A DNA stretch of 64,000 nucleotides from Macrostomum lignano (taxonomy: Eukaryota). How positions within the stretch are numbered: the first letter of the stretch is position 1; the number at the start of each line of letters is the position of its first letter. This document shows, one piece after another, positions 59,816 to 64,000 of this stretch. A model generated the notes under the pieces. The model was given only the letters and a program-made list of their open reading frames with translations. It did not search any database and was not told where the DNA came from. The stretch covers positions 121,941-185,940 of the forward strand of contig NIVC01001803.1 of NCBI GenBank assembly GCA_002269645.1, written 5' to 3'. Position numbers and translations under genes: made by a program.

Positions 59816-62022
59816 TTTTGAGCAAACAACTTCCAACACAACAAAAGTTCCATATTGCGCCGAAAAGCTTGCCTAGAGAGGAAAATTAATGACTATGAAT
59901 CGGTTCTCTTCACACCGTGTTGCTGTCGGATTTATTTCTGAATTTACTTGGTAGATTTCAAGTCTTCCGGACAAATTTTGCCTTGTTATTGACAAAAATG
60001 GTTAATTATTCATTAAAGCCTAACAACCTTTTATTGAAGTGTTTTTGATATTAATATATACATTTGATATATTGATATATACATCCCCGCATGTAAACCA
60101 CCTTTCACTGCCCCATCAACCGTTATCCCGTTTTACTGAATCTCATGTAATCCCAATTTCCTTATTTTATTATTTTTCCACGCATATTTATAAATCTAAA
60201 TTTCTTTGTTTTCCTTGGTGTTTTGATTTTTTTAGATTGTAAAACGCGCAGGCTGCCTACTGAACAGTAGCGCAGTTGGCTTATATTGTGTCAATAAGAC
60301 TTTTTTGGTTTTAGTACTGGTTGCCAATCCGGGGTGAGCTTTTCTCTCTCCTTTTTTGTAGCGATGGGCTATTGGCTATACTACTGCCGAGTAAGTAGTG
60401 CGCCCAACCCCTTCCAACTGTTAAATAGTCGTTTGCTGACTTCTATTCAGAAAATTACCGTACACGTTGCCGTCTGTCCTTTACCAGATTAATTCACTGA
60501 CCTGCGTCTGTAAATATGAATAGTGTGCTGCCTACTGACAGTAGTGTGTTTTCGTGGCCAACTGAATCTTAACTCTATTGTAGAGAAGTTTTATTGCGTC
60601 TTTTTGTGTCTTCCAAAAATCTGACTTATGCGCTCGGTACACGCGGCAGTTTTTGGTTTTACTGAATACCGTATCGCTTTTGCTCACTTTTGTCTGTACA
60701 GATATTGATGCATAGATATCAGGTTGCTGAACTGGTTTCTCACTTTACTGCACAGATCGTCAAGTGTTTTAATTGTCAAGACCGGCTGTCTGAGTAAAAT
60801 GTTGCAACTGCTCCAATTGTATTGTCGTATTGGGGTAGGTTAGGGATAAAATGTACTTTAGGTAAAGTTTAAATTTAATTATCTTGGGAAAATTTAATAA
60901 AGGCAAAAAACGCTAATTTTACTACTGAGAAACAAGTAGCAGTTATGTATTATCTGCGGCAAAGACTGTTTAAGTTTTGTATCGAAAAAAATAAACTAAA
61001 ATGACGGATTAACACTGTTTACGGGGATTTGTTGCAATTTCATTTTTGGTCAGCAGTTTTTTGTACGTGTAAAATTCTGCTTTAGTAGAAGAGACTTGAC
61101 TTTAATTGTGTTTTTTTACTTCGGCAGCATCCATTGTTTTATTGTTTTCCGGCTTTAAATCTTGTTGACTCTGTGAATATGAAATTACCAATACAGCTAA
61201 CTTACATAATTTTGTTTATTTGTGGTTCCATTTTCAACTTTTTAATCATGATATGTCCCTAAGCCTGTCTTCCCGAGGCTCGCAAGCGGGTCCTGATTGC
61301 CGTGTTAATTATTACTCGTTTCTACTGTAAAGAATTGTGCAGGCTTATGCATGTCTCGCGGCCAGTTGTACTTGAATAAAATTCATTACTTCCTTTGAAC
61401 AATAAAATTAGTCGACTAAAGTTCAAGATATCGAACTAGCATGCCTTGGATCTGTTTGAGATCTTCTATCTAAGGTTGGCAGTGCCGACAGATTCTGGAA
61501 CAACTAGATGGGCCACTTATCTTGATTTGCGTGTAAGCTACTTTCAGTTCAGTAGTAAGTTAAACATAAGCATTTTAATATGTTCTTAAAGTTAAGGCTC
61601 ACTTTATTGGCTCCTACCCCCAGCCTAAATCGCGCCTTTCCACACTACCCCGCCACCCCAATTTTTATTGCCTTTCTCGGAATTCCAGCCTAAAGCTGCC
61701 ATGTGCATTTCTCTGGACGGGCCAATGTACATTGTTGTACATTACTGCTAAGCCAATTAGCAAGTTGTTTACGCCTGCAAGCTTGGGCTTCTAATCTTAT
61801 CAAAGTCATTTTAGCTGCCTTTATTTATAAAATAGTTTATATATTCTTCCTTACTACTGAACTGAAAGTAGAAAGCTGATTTACGAAGTATAATTGCCTG
61901 TGTGGCCCATCTTGTTATTTTAGAATCTGTGATTGTATCCTCGTGTTTCCTGTGGGTGACCAACTTGCTGTATGACTTCTTGCTAAACTCCAGATTTTTT
62001 ATTGTTTGTTATGACCGATTTG

Positions 62023-62023
<1 letters not shown>

Positions 62024-62064
<41 letters not shown>
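62024..62064. repeat. (GA)n microsatellite
   Basis: Direct reading. Confidence 0.95.
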
Positions 62065-62069
<5 letters not shown>

Positions 62070-63003
62070 CTCAATATTGCAGATTTCATTTTTGCAAATC
62101 AGATGAATTTTAAGTGACAGATGAAGCCTTAATTATTCATAATAAAAAAGCTTTAATGCCTTTAATTGTGTGATTTTAATTATTTTATTATACGCATAGC
62201 GTTGTCGAGTTTTACTATTATTATATAACTTTCTGAGCGGAAACATTTACTAGCCAAAGCATTATTTATTGTTATAATGCTCTCTTTTTTACTTCTTTTA
62301 TCCTTGGCAGTAAAGTTTTTTTTCCTTTTATCGATGTTTTGGGATTTTTTACTTTTTACCTGGGCAAACATTAACATATACTATTTCGGTTTCCATTCTG
62401 TACAAAATCTCCTTATTTTGCCCATTCATTTAATCTGCTTGCTGCTGCTGCTTTTGCAATGCCTTTTTCTCTGTGTGTGTCTATTTTCCTGCAAATATAC
62501 CTTTGTTTTGTTGTTGTGTACAAGAATCCCGCGCGCGTTGTACTCGCGACTGAGTTTTCCTATTATAACACATTTACTAAGTAGTCTGTGTAGCATTTGC
62601 GGCTTAAATTTATTTATTGAATGGTTTGCTAGTTTCTACATGTAGTTTGTAAGCTAAATGCTTGAATTTTGCGTTAAATAACTATTTTTGACTACTTACA
62701 GTAGCAAAAATAGAAATTGCTCCAATGTTGGGCAGTTGGGCTTATAAAGCTAATCATTATTTAAACCATAGAAACTGAAAAAATGTGATGAAATATAGAT
62801 CATACACGATCAATGACAATAACGTACTTTATAAAAAATCTTTTTTGACAGCTTGTACGAGTATCTATTCTACTGCAAAACGTGAAATGTGCATAAAATG
62901 CGTTTGAAATGAGAGTTCACTGCACTGTAGAGTGTACAGTACAGTAGTTGCTCTGGCAAAATTCTCTGCAATATAAGTACTATGCTACCCATATAGGAGT
63001 AAG

Positions 63004-63075
63004 GGTTCGGTGGTGTAGTGGTTATCACATCTGTCTCACACACAGAAGGTCCCCGGTTCGAGCCCGGCCGAACCA
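63004..63075 (+). tRNA. trnV-CAC: tRNA-Val (CAC)
   Basis: Acceptor stem GGTTCGG/CCGAACC + A; D arm GTGTAGTGGTTATCAC; anticodon arm TCTGT-CTCACAC-ACAGA; GGTTCGAGC T loop; TTTTT terminator 4 nt downstream. The T-stem 3' strand is one G short. Confidence 0.92.
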
Positions 63076-64000
63076 TAGTTTTTGCACAATTCCATTGTTA
63101 TTTTGACATCAGAATTCGTTTTAAACTTTTAGATGGATTGTGAAAACAACAGTTCATAAATTTTAAGTTAAGAACAAAGCTGGCTTAGTCAAAGCGATTT
63201 TATTTTCTTGAGCCATTGCATTCGTTCTTGATTCCTTTGAGTCTGGACTTTATCTTAATTTTGACTTCAACTCAAAGCCAAAAGGTAAAATTTAATAGCG
63301 ATTAATAATAGTGCCGAGTGGTAGACTTCACCTATGAAGTGTAAAATTCCATTCCTTGCAAATTTATATGCACAAAACTTAACAGCTACCACTAGTACAT
63401 GTATGTTGTATCCTATATCTCCGATATGTATCGAAAAAAACTTTACTTTCTTTGCACAGAAATATATGCAATCGATTCAGCTACTTAAAGTAGCGTAAAA
63501 GCATACGCTTTAGAAACCTTGGCTTAGCTTGATAAATTGAGTTTTTCCATTCAATCTTTCCTTTCTGCATTTGTTAATGTTTAACCTTAAATAAATCATT
63601 ATACAACCTTATATAAATCATTATACAATGGGTGTCCATTGTTATTATGAATCACGAGTTTCTATTGCTGTGTGTTGACGGATTGACTTCGGTCCAGTTC
63701 AATTCGTGAACTCAGCTGCATGCATCATCAATTATTACAGATTCTGGCACAGGAGGCCGGCTACACGACAAGTCTAAGAGAAAAATTGAGAATGACAAAT
63801 TGCTTTTCCGGTGGGCAGCCATCACAATGCCCTTGCGTGTCAACCGTTTTCGATTGTCCCTCCTGCTTCCCTGAGATTGAGGGTCTTAATGCACATGTAA
63901 CCCTGAAAACAATCTATAATGATCGAATATTTGAAGGCCGTTGAAACATCAACATTGTTTAATCGGAATTTCAGTTGGGTTTAGCCAAAATAAACCAAAA

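Overview
Eukaryotic (animal) genomic DNA, not prokaryotic. GC-rich spliced exons with poly-Q/poly-A tracts, GT-AG introns packed with minisatellites and AT-rich intergenic DNA suggest a Macrostomum-like flatworm (inference). Host genes: a 10-coding-exon nucleoporin TPR orthologue (minus, 39402->25037; my exon chain sums to 6174 nt in frame); a TRAF-family RING/zinc-finger gene just downstream (minus); a two-exon C2H2 zinc-finger gene with a PLDLS motif; a tRNA-Val(CAC); and several decayed protein-kinase fragments in the first 16 kb. Mobile DNA: a hAT-type non-autonomous element (8-bp TSD) filled with a 21-bp minisatellite; a Crypton tyrosine-recombinase element bounded by perfect 32-bp inverted repeats; a decayed hAT transposase; a 786-bp MITE; and a tRNA-derived SINE. 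The most interesting unit is an 8.7-kb Foldback/NOF-type Mutator element (43627-52348, 9-bp TSD, arms made of inverted 12-bp arrays). It encodes a DDE transposase that appears to splice into an Ulp1/C48 protease and a PHD finger, and it carries a separate intronless L7Ae/L30e/S12e/Gadd45-fold gene. A large share of the window is tandem repeats, including an almost invariant 75-bp x ~81 array. Most long ORFs in the track are repeat artefacts. No CRISPR array. All domain calls are by eye; no searches were run.
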